A DNA stretch of 62,416 bases, filler included. It is 6 parts of 6 records of this genome, joined end to end, with 100 filler letters (N's around TTAATTAATTAA, not from the genome) between each part and the next. Parts side by side here need not be neighbours in the genome. Positions count along the whole stretch, not along the records: positions 7,826 to 21,469 come from SRR2962707_2363; 5 more parts are not named here. One strand, written 5' to 3'. Positions within the stretch are counted from its first letter, which is position 1. Every line of letters starts with the position of its first letter. The notes beneath the pieces were generated by a model, which saw only the letters and a list, made by a program, of their open reading frames with translations, was not told where the DNA came from and searched no databases. A program made the position numbers and the translations under genes. Positions 9,031 through 18,454 of the stretch are shown here, piece by piece.

Positions 9031-10101
9031 ATGATGAACAGCAAGCTGCGGCACATCGCCGTCGCAATGGCATTGACGTTAACCGTGTGGCCCCTGTCGG
9101 CGCATCATGCGCATGCGGCGGATCAACCGGGGACGCCTGTCGAGGCGGTCAAGGTAAAGACCGAGGCCATCGTCATGGAAACCACCGCTGTCGGTACGCT
9201 GCTGTCCAACGAAACAGTGCTCGTCCGCCCCGAAATCGAAGGGCGTCTGACCGAAATCGCCTTCGACGAAGGTACGACCGTCAAGAAAGGCCAGCTGCTG
9301 TTCAAACTGGACGCGTCGATCTACCGGGCCGAATTGAACGATGCACAGGCCCGCCTGTCCCTCGCCGCGACAAACTTCGAACGCTCGCAGGAGCTGTTCA
9401 AAAAGAAAGCTGGCACCGAACGCGGTCTTGATGAAGCACGCGCCGCCTATCGTGTGGCCGAGGCAGCCGTCGAACTCGCCAAGGCGCGGATGACCAAGAC
9501 CACCATCGAAGCGCCGTTCGAAGGCGTCGTCGGTTTGCGTCACGTCAGCACCGGCGATTACGTCACCGCCGGCCAGGATCTGGTGAACCTCGAAGACATC
9601 GACCCGCTGAAAGTCGAATTCGCCGTCCCGGAGCGCTATCTGAGCGCCGTCCGGGAAGGCCAGGTTGTTCGGCTGACCGCGGATGCCTTTCCGGCTGAGA
9701 CCTTCGAGGGCGCAATCTATGCCATCAACCCGCAGATCGACACGTCCGGCCGCAGCATTCAGGTCCGTGCACGCATTTCCAACGAGGACGCCAAGCTGCG
9801 TCCGGGACTTTTCGTCCGCGTCAAGGTTCAGCTCGGCCGGCGCGAACAGGCGATCATTATCCCCGAAGAAGCCCTGGTCCCGCGCGGCAAGGACCGTTTC
9901 GTCTACAAAATCGTCGACGGCAAAGCCGTTGAAACGCCGGTGCAGATTGGAATCCGCCGTGTCGGCGAAGTCGAAATCACGTCTGGACTGGCTCCGGACG
10001 ACATGGTGATCACGGCCGGGCAGCTCAAAATACGCAACGGTGTTCCGGTCAAGCCTGTCGGTGACGAACCGAAACCGGCCGACGCCCCGAAGGGAAGCTA
10101 A
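9031..10101 (+). CDS. RND efflux periplasmic adaptor (membrane fusion protein)
   Basis: Signal peptide, VKKGQLLFKLD, IEAPFEGVVG, LRPGLFVRV motifs. Confidence 0.95.
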   Translation: MMNSKLRHIAVAMALTLTVWPLSAHHAHAADQPGTPVEAVKVKTEAIVMETTAVGTLLSNETVLVRPEIEGRLTEIAFDEGTTVKKGQLLFKLDASIYRAELNDAQARLSLAATNFERSQELFKKKAGTERGLDEARAAYRVAEAAVELAKARMTKTTIEAPFEGVVGLRHVSTGDYVTAGQDLVNLEDIDPLKVEFAVPERYLSAVREGQVVRLTADAFPAETFEGAIYAINPQIDTSGRSIQVRARISNEDAKLRPGLFVRVKVQLGRREQAIIIPEEALVPRGKDRFVYKIVDGKAVETPVQIGIRRVGEVEITSGLAPDDMVITAGQLKIRNGVPVKPVGDEPKPADAPKGS

Positions 10102-10105
10102 TACC

Positions 10106-13100
10106 TTGAAAATATCAGAACTTTGCGTTGAACGGCCGGTCTTCGCGACGGTCCTGAGCCTGGCGGTGGTGCTGGTCGGGCTGGTCAGCTACGACCGCCT
10201 GACCGTGCGCGAGTACCCGAAAATCGATCCGCCGGTGGTCAACGTCGAGACGTCCTATTCCGGTGCCAGCCCTGAAATTATCGAAACCCAGGTGACGCAG
10301 GTGCTCGAAGAGCAGCTTGCCGGTATCGAAGGCGTCGACTTCATGACCTCGATCAGCCGTCAGGAACAGAGCCAGATCACCGTCACGTTCCAGCTGAATC
10401 GTGATCCGGGCGAAGCCGCCGCCGATGTCCGTGACCGCGTCAGCCGTGCGCGGGACCAGTTACCCGACGAGGTCGACGAGCCGGTAATCCAGAAAGTCGA
10501 AGCCGACGCGCAGCCGATCATCTATCTCGCCTTCTCGTCTGACAAACACTCGGCGATGGAAATCACCGACTATGCCGACCGCTACGTGAAGGACCAGCTG
10601 CAGACCCTGAACGGTGTCGCGCAGGTTCGTATCTTCGGTGAACGTGCGTATTCCATGCGCATCTGGCTCGACCCGGAACGCCTCGCCGCCTACCGAATGA
10701 CACCGCAGGACGTTGAGAACGCGCTCCGCCAGCAGAACGTCGAAATCCCGGCCGGTCTCATCGAAAGCCGCGAACGGCAGTTCACGATCCTGTCGGAAAC
10801 CGATTTGCGCACCCCCGCCGAATTCAATGAACTCGTCATTCGCCAGGAAGGCACCTATCTCGTCCGCCTGCAGGACGTGGGTTACGCCGAACTCGGGCCG
10901 CGCAACGATGACCGCATCGTGCGTTACAACAGCCAATCTGCGATTGCGCTTGGCGTCGTCAAGCAGTCTACCGCCAACCCGCTGGAAGTATCCGACGCGG
11001 TCCGTGCTCGCCTGCCGAAGATCCGCGAAAGTCTGCCCGACGGCATGACAGTCGAAGTCGCACACGACAAGTCGGTGTTCATCCAGGAATCCATCAACAA
11101 CGTGTACGATACGATTTTCGAAGCGGTCCTGCTCGTGATCGCCATCATCTTCCTGTTTCTCAGGTCCTGGCGCGCAACGCTGGTGCCGCTGGTGACGATC
11201 CCGGTCTCGCTGATCGGCGCCTTCGCGCTGATGGACCTGTTCGGGTTCTCGATCAACACCCTCACCCTGCTCGCCATGGTGCTGGCGATCGGCCTTGTCG
11301 TCGATGACGCCATTGTCATGCTGGAAAACATCTACCGACATGTCGAGGAAGGCATGGCACCGCGCGAGGCCGCGATCCGCGGCGCCCGCGAGATCGGCTT
11401 CGCCGTCATCGCCATGACCATCACCCTGGCCGCGGTCTATGCCCCGATCGGCTTCATGGAAGGCACAACCGGCCGTCTGTTCACCGAGTTCGCCTGGGCG
11501 CTCGCGGGTGCCGTGCTGGTCTCGGGTTTCGTCGCCCTGACGGCAACGCCGATGATGTCGGCGCTGCTTCTCAAGCGGCATGAAAATCACGGGCGGGTCT
11601 ATCTTGCCGTCGAACGTGTGTTGCAGGGCGTGACGGACGGCTATCGCCGCCTGCTGACGAAGTCGCTGAGTATGCGCCCGGTTGTTCTGGTGGTCGGTCT
11701 TGCCGTCGCCGGCAGTTCCTACCTGTTCATCAACAACATCAATTCCGAGCTGGCACCGTACGAAGATCAGGGCACGATCCTCGGCGTGTTCCTGTCGCCG
11801 CAGGGCTCGACCATCGACTTCACCGACAAATGGGCAGCGGAGCTTGAGAAAGTCTATGCCGAGAACGAGAACATCGTCCGCTACTTCGTGGTATCGGGTT
11901 ATCCCATCGTTTCGCAGGGCATTTCCTTCCTGAAGCTCGACCTTTGGAAGAACCGCACCGTATCGCAGCAGGATGTAGTCAAGCAGTTGCAGCCGAAACT
12001 TTTCGGACAGCCCGGCGTGCTCGCGTTCCCGGTCAGCCCCCCGCCGCTCGGCCAGCGCACCACCGACAAGCCGGTGCAGTTCGTGATCATGACCTCGCAG
12101 CCCTATCTCGAGCTCAAGGAAATGACCGACAAGCTGGTGGAAAAGGCGCGCGGCAACCCGGGCCTCGCCAACATCGAATCAAGCCTCAAGCTGAACACGC
12201 CGCAGCTCCGCGTACAGGTCAACCGCGACAAGGTTGCCGACGTGGATATCTCGATCGGCGTGCTCGGCCGCACCCTCGAAACCATGATGGGCGGGCGGCA
12301 GGTCACGCGCTTCAAGCGTGAAGGCCAGCAATACGATGTCGTCGTACAGGTCGCCGACGTGGATCGCGCAACACCGGACGATCTCAGGCGCATCTATGTA
12401 CGCAGCGATCGCGGCGACATGATTCAACTTTCCAACCTGGTCAATATCGAAGAGACCGTCGCTCCACAGGAATTGAACCACTTCAATCAGCTCCGCTCCG
12501 CGACAATCACGGCGACACTTGCCGAGGGATACTCGCTCGGCGAGGCCCTGGCGTTCCTGCAATCGACGGCAAGCGAAGAGCTGCCGCAAACGGCGCAGGT
12601 CGATTACGGCGGGCAGTCCCGCGAGTATCAGAAATCAAGTTCGTCGATTTATGTCACCTTCGCGCTGGCGCTGGCGTTCATTTATCTGGTGCTCGCGGCC
12701 CAGTTCGAGAGCTTCCGCAACCCGTTCATCATTATGCTGACGGTGCCGCTGTCCATAGCCGGCGGTCTGGCGGCGCTGTGGCTCGACGGCTCCACCCTCA
12801 ACATCTACAGCCAGGTCGGGCTGGTGACCCTGATTGGTCTGATCACCAAGCACGGGATTCTGATCGTGGAATTCTCGAACCAGCTTCTGGAAACCGGACG
12901 AGACAAGAAAGATGCCGTCATCGAAGCGTCCGTCTTGCGGCTGCGTCCGATCCTGATGACCACCGGCGCCATGGTGCTGGGCGCGGTGCCGCTGGCCATT
13001 GCCTCCGGTGCCGGGGCGCAGAGCCGTCAGGATATCGGTCTGGTGATCGTCGGCGGGCTTCTTGTCGGCACGTTCTTCACGCTGTTCGTCATTCCGACGG

Positions 13101-13189
13101 TCTATACGTTCCTTGCCGCCAAGGTGAAGACGGACAAGGACGTTGCGACCGAACCTCATGCGCCGGCCGAGCGGGAAGCCGCCGATTAA
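10106..13189 (+). CDS. RND efflux permease subunit (AcrB family)
   Basis: RPVFATVLSL, GLVVDDAIVMLENI, KHGILIVEF, RLRPILMTT; probable TTG start at 10106. Confidence 0.96.
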   Translation: MKISELCVERPVFATVLSLAVVLVGLVSYDRLTVREYPKIDPPVVNVETSYSGASPEIIETQVTQVLEEQLAGIEGVDFMTSISRQEQSQITVTFQLNRDPGEAAADVRDRVSRARDQLPDEVDEPVIQKVEADAQPIIYLAFSSDKHSAMEITDYADRYVKDQLQTLNGVAQVRIFGERAYSMRIWLDPERLAAYRMTPQDVENALRQQNVEIPAGLIESRERQFTILSETDLRTPAEFNELVIRQEGTYLVRLQDVGYAELGPRNDDRIVRYNSQSAIALGVVKQSTANPLEVSDAVRARLPKIRESLPDGMTVEVAHDKSVFIQESINNVYDTIFEAVLLVIAIIFLFLRSWRATLVPLVTIPVSLIGAFALMDLFGFSINTLTLLAMVLAIGLVVDDAIVMLENIYRHVEEGMAPREAAIRGAREIGFAVIAMTITLAAVYAPIGFMEGTTGRLFTEFAWALAGAVLVSGFVALTATPMMSALLLKRHENHGRVYLAVERVLQGVTDGYRRLLTKSLSMRPVVLVVGLAVAGSSYLFINNINSELAPYEDQGTILGVFLSPQGSTIDFTDKWAAELEKVYAENENIVRYFVVSGYPIVSQGISFLKLDLWKNRTVSQQDVVKQLQPKLFGQPGVLAFPVSPPPLGQRTTDKPVQFVIMTSQPYLELKEMTDKLVEKARGNPGLANIESSLKLNTPQLRVQVNRDKVADVDISIGVLGRTLETMMGGRQVTRFKREGQQYDVVVQVADVDRATPDDLRRIYVRSDRGDMIQLSNLVNIEETVAPQELNHFNQLRSATITATLAEGYSLGEALAFLQSTASEELPQTAQVDYGGQSREYQKSSSSIYVTFALALAFIYLVLAAQFESFRNPFIIMLTVPLSIAGGLAALWLDGSTLNIYSQVGLVTLIGLITKHGILIVEFSNQLLETGRDKKDAVIEASVLRLRPILMTTGAMVLGAVPLAIASGAGAQSRQDIGLVIVGGLLVGTFFTLFVIPTVYTFLAAKVKTDKDVATEPHAPAEREAAD

Positions 13190-13191
13190 AA

Positions 13192-13458
13192 TCAGGAAGC
13201 CGGTTTCGGGAGTTCCTTCACGCACTCGAAGGTGCTGACGGATGTGCGGAAAAGATAAGTGTCGACGATCGAGCTTTCCTGCACCTTGACCGCCTTCTTG
13301 CCGAAGCTGGCGCAGTGCTTGTCGGCCTCGCGCTGGACCAGCAGATTGTTTTCAGCGGAATGCCGGATGGCAATGCTGTTTTCATCCGCCGTGACGACCG
13401 AACACCCCGCCAGCGCGGCAAGACACAACAACAGGGCTAAGCATTTGTATTTTTCCAT
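13192..13458 (-). CDS. Small lipoprotein of unknown function
   Basis: Lipobox LAGC; a further Cys pair (HCASFGK...FECV). Confidence 0.7.
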   Translation of the reverse strand: MEKYKCLALLLCLAALAGCSVVTADENSIAIRHSAENNLLVQREADKHCASFGKKAVKVQESSIVDTYLFRTSVSTFECVKELPKPAS

Positions 13459-13533
13459 GACACCGGCTTATCATAGCATTGCCTGTAATGGAAATAATAT
13501 GCACGCATGGCGTCAGGCGAGAAAGGACGGGGA

Positions 13534-13968
13534 ATGAATCTCAACGGGGCTTTTCCGAAACTGACCGACGAAGAGCGTGCCTGGCTCGTCTCGTCCGCCG
13601 AAACCCTGACCTACGGGAGCGGCGACACGATCATCGAAGAAGGCAACGTCATCGACAGCCTGCTGATCATCAAGGTCGGTTTTCTCCGGGTGACGCGTGT
13701 CTACCTGGATGAAATCTGCGCCGAGTTCGCCGGCCCCCTCGGCCCGGGAGAAGTGATCGGCGAAATGTCCCTGATGGACCGCAAGGGCGCCAGCGCCAAT
13801 CTGGTCGCTGACGGTCCGGCGGAAATCCTCTCGGTCCCGAAAGATAAGCTGTTTGCGAAACTCGAAAGCGACGACAGCTTTGCCGCACGCTTTTACGAGT
13901 GCCTGTTCCTCGACGTGACGCGCAAGCTGCGCTCCACCAACCAGCGGGTCATGCCCGTACCGCCCTGA
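13534..13968 (+). CDS. Standalone cyclic-nucleotide-binding (Crp-like cNMP) domain protein
   Basis: GDTIIEEG, LGPGEVIGEMSLMD...ASANLVA; no HTH. Confidence 0.85.
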   Translation: MNLNGAFPKLTDEERAWLVSSAETLTYGSGDTIIEEGNVIDSLLIIKVGFLRVTRVYLDEICAEFAGPLGPGEVIGEMSLMDRKGASANLVADGPAEILSVPKDKLFAKLESDDSFAARFYECLFLDVTRKLRSTNQRVMPVPP

Positions 13969-14014
13969 TCTAACGATCTTAGTTTGGAATCTGCGCTTGG
14001 GGGGAGAAAGCGAC

Positions 14015-16918
14015 GTGATCACGCAAACAAATACACAATCAAAGGTTGGAAAACCACCGGCACTGATATTTTGCATATTTGCGATTGCGATATGCATTGC
14101 CCTTCCCGCCCTGGCGCAGCAGCAGACAACACGTTCGCCGTTTAAGCCATCACCGCTTGCCGAAACCCCGCTAAAGAAAATCAAACCCGCGATTTCGGCC
14201 AAATCTTCCAGGTTGCCGTTCCTTTTCGAAGCGAACAACGGTCAGGCCGAAGCTCACGCGAGATTTATCGTCCGCCGACCCGGCTATAACGTGTTTCTGA
14301 CGGATACGGGTTTGGTTTCCGTTCTTCAGGGCCTGCACCCGTCTACTGAAACCGGCGAACAGGACAAGTTGAGTCGACAGACTGACAGTGAGCCAACAAA
14401 AGCGATGGCATTACACATGCAGTTCGTCGGTTCGGGGACTGAAGGCCTCAAAGGAATAGATCCCTCAAAAGCCACCGCCAACTACTACGTCGGCAGCAAC
14501 CAGAAGAACTGGCACCGGGATATTCCGATGTTCGGGGGTGTCAAATATGCAGGCCTCTACCCGAGCATCGACATGTACGTTGCGAATGGCGGCGCTCGGC
14601 TCAGCTATCATTTTTCCGTCGGACCAAAGGGAAACCCGTCCCGGATACGCATGCGCTTTACCGGCACCAAGGCCATCAAAGTAGATGCTGACGGCAACCT
14701 TATCCTGACTCTGCCGAACGGCGGCACGGTGGTGCACCGCCCGCCCCGCACTTTTGAATATTCCGGTACCGAAAGCCGTGAAATCAGCTCTGCATTCAAA
14801 CTCGTCACACAAGATACGGTCGGGTTTACGATTGGAAAGCACCAACGCGGTTCAACACTGGTGATCGATCCTGAAATCGACTTCGGCACCTATTTCGGCG
14901 GCCCTGGCAACGATGCGAACTTCATTGGCGTGCACAGGCTGAACGGACTTCAACTGCCGCTGACGGATATCGACACCGACCAACAGAACAGGCTTTTGGT
15001 CGGTGCGACGGTCATGTCGGCGGAATTGCCGAACGCGGCCGGCCCGATATCTCCTGTCAACAAACTCGCTGTCGGCGCCAGATTAAATCCGGATGCCGCC
15101 GGCGGCCCGGCTTGGGATTACGTTACTTATGTCGGCGGCGACAATTATAACGACGTGCAAGGCATAACCGCCGGTCCGAATGGCAGCGCTTATCTATGCG
15201 GTTCAACGACAAGCACGGCCTTTCCTCTTTTCGGAACACCTTACGATGACAGAAATGCCGCAGTTTACAGTAAGGGCTTTGTTGTCCGCCTAAAGCAAAA
15301 CGGACAGCCCGATGCATCGACCATCATCGCACCCGGAGACAGCACATCAGTGCATGGATGCGACTTCAACCATGCTCTGGGTGCCGGCAGAATCGGTCAT
15401 GTATATGTCGTCGGCCATACCCAAAACACCACCGGCACCGGCATTGACGCCAAGTATTTTCAGGCGAATGCATTACAAAATACGTTTGGCAGTATCGGCT
15501 ATTCGGATGGCTTCGTCATTGCCGTGGATGAAAACCTTTCCACGCTGAAATACGCAACATTATATGGCGGCAAGTTCGAAGATTCCGTGATGGACGTCAA
15601 AGTGCGCAACGGCGAAGCGTTCATTACCGGACTGACCGAATCCTATGATTTTCCGCTGACACCCGACAGGGCAGCGGGCTTCACCTTGTCCGAGGCAGAG
15701 GCAGAACAATGCGGTGATTGGGAACACAGCTACGAGTGCCACGAAGGATTCGCCGCACGCCTGAAAAAGGACGGCACCGAGCTAATTTATTCCACCACTT
15801 TGGGCGACTCCGGGGCCGATGCCGGCTATGCCATCGACGTCGACAGGACGGCCAGTGCCTATGTTTCCGGCAGAACTTTTAAGGGACCGTCCGGTTCCCG
15901 GGCCTTCCTTCGCAAACTCAAGCCGAGTGGTAATTTTGCCTACCGCTCACTCTACGCCGACGTCGATGCCGTAGGATACGATGTCGCGGTCGACGCATAC
16001 GGAAATGCCTATACGACGGGTGAAATCAGGCTCGATATTCAAGCTGTCGGGAATGCGCTTTCAACCACTTTTCAGGGTGGCGAGCGGGACGGCTACCTCG
16101 CTATTCACGATTCCACGGGGCAACTCGTGTATCTGACTTATATGGGTGGCGAGGCTATGGACCGGGGCGTCGCCCTCGCCCGAGACCGGAACGGGTGCGC
16201 ATTTGTCGCCTTGGAGACTTGGTCGGACAATGTAAACGTGCCACTGACGGGTGCGCCGCAAACAAACCGGTCGGGCGAGTCCGATATGCTGCTGGTGCGG
16301 CACTGCTATCCGTTCGATTACGATACGCTCGTGCTCAGAAAGACAATCCCTCCGTTTTTTGCTGATCCGGGCCAGACCCTTCAATTCGAGATCACCATCG
16401 AGAACAACGAGATTCCCATGCCCGGCCCCGTGGTGATCACCGACAGGTTGCCGCTGCCGTTTCAGGCGGTCTCGGTGTCCGGTCCCGATTGCGGAATTTC
16501 CGGCCGCGACGTCACCTGCACCCTCGCCGATGTTCCGATGGGAATTACAGGAATCACGGTACAAGGGACCAACCGCTTCGCCTGCCCCCCGGATGAAATT
16601 GAGGTCGAACCGACCGAAGTCACCAATACGGCGAAATTTTCGTTCCCGGGCGGCACCGACAGAAGCACATCTTCAATCATGTTTTACCGCGGTTGTCGCA
16701 TTGAAAGACCGCCACCACCGCTAGCAGTTGATGAGCCATGCTCATCCAGTTCGCAGTGCGCGGAAGGTCTTGTATGCTTCAAGGGGTGCACGGAATCGTT
16801 TTCCTGCCTGATCCAGGTCGGCTCGTTTTGCTTCGGCCGGAACGAGCAGCGCCAAAGCCTGCCTGCCGTCTGCAAGCGCGACCCTGAATTATTCGGATGT
16901 TCCCGAATACTGGATTGA
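14015..16918 (+). CDS. Large secreted/surface protein: SBBP-type beta-propeller repeats, DUF11-like Ig domain, Cys-rich tail
   Basis: FEANNGQ...LVIDP N-domain, repeated (Y/F)xT(Y/L)xGG and (G/T)xTxSxxFP motifs, LRKT...PGQTLQFEITIEN...VVITDRLP, C-terminal CSSSSQCAEGLVC; GTG start after GGAG. Confidence 0.82.
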   Translation: MITQTNTQSKVGKPPALIFCIFAIAICIALPALAQQQTTRSPFKPSPLAETPLKKIKPAISAKSSRLPFLFEANNGQAEAHARFIVRRPGYNVFLTDTGLVSVLQGLHPSTETGEQDKLSRQTDSEPTKAMALHMQFVGSGTEGLKGIDPSKATANYYVGSNQKNWHRDIPMFGGVKYAGLYPSIDMYVANGGARLSYHFSVGPKGNPSRIRMRFTGTKAIKVDADGNLILTLPNGGTVVHRPPRTFEYSGTESREISSAFKLVTQDTVGFTIGKHQRGSTLVIDPEIDFGTYFGGPGNDANFIGVHRLNGLQLPLTDIDTDQQNRLLVGATVMSAELPNAAGPISPVNKLAVGARLNPDAAGGPAWDYVTYVGGDNYNDVQGITAGPNGSAYLCGSTTSTAFPLFGTPYDDRNAAVYSKGFVVRLKQNGQPDASTIIAPGDSTSVHGCDFNHALGAGRIGHVYVVGHTQNTTGTGIDAKYFQANALQNTFGSIGYSDGFVIAVDENLSTLKYATLYGGKFEDSVMDVKVRNGEAFITGLTESYDFPLTPDRAAGFTLSEAEAEQCGDWEHSYECHEGFAARLKKDGTELIYSTTLGDSGADAGYAIDVDRTASAYVSGRTFKGPSGSRAFLRKLKPSGNFAYRSLYADVDAVGYDVAVDAYGNAYTTGEIRLDIQAVGNALSTTFQGGERDGYLAIHDSTGQLVYLTYMGGEAMDRGVALARDRNGCAFVALETWSDNVNVPLTGAPQTNRSGESDMLLVRHCYPFDYDTLVLRKTIPPFFADPGQTLQFEITIENNEIPMPGPVVITDRLPLPFQAVSVSGPDCGISGRDVTCTLADVPMGITGITVQGTNRFACPPDEIEVEPTEVTNTAKFSFPGGTDRSTSSIMFYRGCRIERPPPPLAVDEPCSSSSQCAEGLVCFKGCTESFSCLIQVGSFCFGRNEQRQSLPAVCKRDPELFGCSRILD

Positions 16919-16952
16919 GCGGCTGCATATCTGAGCGTAGAGTTCGAAGCTC

Positions 16953-18071
16953 ATGGCTGACACACCGCTTTATCTTCAATCCCTACCCGATGGCATCCGC
17001 TCGCGCTTTGTCGACAACGGGAACGGCCTCAACATGCATGTGTTGGAAGCCGGTGACCCGGCACACCCGCCGGTGCTTTTGCTGCATGGCTTTCCGGAAC
17101 TCGCCTTCAGCTGGCGCAAGGTGATGCCGGTTCTGGCCAACCAAGGGTATTACGTCATCGCCCCGGATCAGCGCGGCTACGGCCTGACCACCGGGTGGGT
17201 TGCGGATTACAACGGCGATCTTGCGCCGTTCCGGTTTCTCAATCTCCTGCGCGATACGCTGGGGCTTTTGTCAGCACTTGATATCACTGAGCTGAAAGCC
17301 GTCGTCGGCCATGACTTCGGCTCCTTCGCGGCGGCGCATTTCGCGCTGATCCGGCCTGACGTCTTCAAGGCCTGCGTTTTGATGAGCGCGCCGTTCGGTG
17401 GGCCGCCATCCCTCAAGCCGAAACCCGCCATCGACATGGACGTGGCACTGGCCACCCTGCCCCGGCCCCGCAAACACTATCACCGCTATTATTCGACGCG
17501 CGGCGCCAATGGCCACATGTGGGCCTGTGAACAGGGCATCCACGATTTTCTTCGTGCCTACTTCCATCACAAAAGCGCGGACTGGCCCGGCAACAAGCCG
17601 CATCCGCTGAGCGGCTGGACCGCATCGGAACTGGCCAAGCTGCCGACCTACTACGTCATGGACCTGGACAAGACGATGGCTGAAACCGTCGCCGCGGAAA
17701 TGCCGGACAAGGCCGCGAACGAGAACTGTCTGTGGCTGCCCGAAGACGACCTCCGTGTCTATAGCGACACCTTCGGGCGCACCGGATTTCAGGGCGGGCT
17801 GAACTGGTATCGCTGCCGCTTCGTCGACACCTTCATCCGCGAGCAGGAAATCTTCGCCGGACGCACCGTCGACGTGCCGGTGACGTTCATCTCGGGCAAA
17901 AGCGACTGGGGCACCTATCAGACGCCGGGCGCCCTCGAAGCCATGGAAAGCCCTGCGGTCTGCCCGGATTACCGGGGTACCCATCTGGTCGACGGCGCCG
18001 GGCACTGGGTGCAGCAGGAACAGCCCGACGCGGTCAATGAGCTGTTAAAGTCATTTCTCGCCGGCCTTTGA
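16953..18071 (+). CDS. Alpha/beta hydrolase, epoxide hydrolase family
   Basis: HGFPE, PDQRGYG, GHDFG nucleophile elbow, LNWYR, GAGHWVQQE. Confidence 0.93.
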   Translation: MADTPLYLQSLPDGIRSRFVDNGNGLNMHVLEAGDPAHPPVLLLHGFPELAFSWRKVMPVLANQGYYVIAPDQRGYGLTTGWVADYNGDLAPFRFLNLLRDTLGLLSALDITELKAVVGHDFGSFAAAHFALIRPDVFKACVLMSAPFGGPPSLKPKPAIDMDVALATLPRPRKHYHRYYSTRGANGHMWACEQGIHDFLRAYFHHKSADWPGNKPHPLSGWTASELAKLPTYYVMDLDKTMAETVAAEMPDKAANENCLWLPEDDLRVYSDTFGRTGFQGGLNWYRCRFVDTFIREQEIFAGRTVDVPVTFISGKSDWGTYQTPGALEAMESPAVCPDYRGTHLVDGAGHWVQQEQPDAVNELLKSFLAGL

Positions 18072-18152
18072 TGTAGGTCAATGCCGGGGCGTCTCCCCCC
18101 GGGGCATTCTGGTTTCATAATAAACAATCCACCTGAACCAGCAGAGAGAAAC

Positions 18153-18386
18153 ATGTCCCATACCCCGCACGAACTCGCCGAACTGTTCCCCGATCATGTC
18201 GAAGACATCCGCAAGCTGCGCGAAAGCAATGCCCACTTTGCCCATATGTCCGACCGCTATCACACGCTGAACCGTGACATTCACCGCGGCGAAACCAATG
18301 TCGAGCCGATGGACGATGCGCACCTCGAAGACCTCAAGAAACAGCGCCTCGCGCTGCTGGACGAGATCAAGGGTATGATCGGCTAG
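18153..18386 (+). CDS. DUF465/YdcH family coiled-coil protein
   Basis: MSHTPHELAELFP...NAHFA...YHTLNRDIHRGE...LKKQRLALLDEI. Confidence 0.88.
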   Translation: MSHTPHELAELFPDHVEDIRKLRESNAHFAHMSDRYHTLNRDIHRGETNVEPMDDAHLEDLKKQRLALLDEIKGMIG

Positions 18387-18407
18387 TTCCGGAAAAATCC
18401 CGATATC

Positions 18408-18441
18408 AAAACCCCGCGTGCCATCCCGGCGGCGGGGTTTT
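18408..18441. terminator. Bidirectional intrinsic terminator
   Basis: AAAACCCCGC-N14-GCGGGGTTTT between convergent DUF465 and amidase genes. Confidence 0.75.
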
Positions 18442-18454
18442 TATCTGTTCACGT

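Noticed and set aside
10460..11590. Long antisense and alternate-frame ORFs over the RND, amidase, M16, parC and KH genes
   Set aside because: Expected shadows of high-GC codon usage, with no recognisable motifs.
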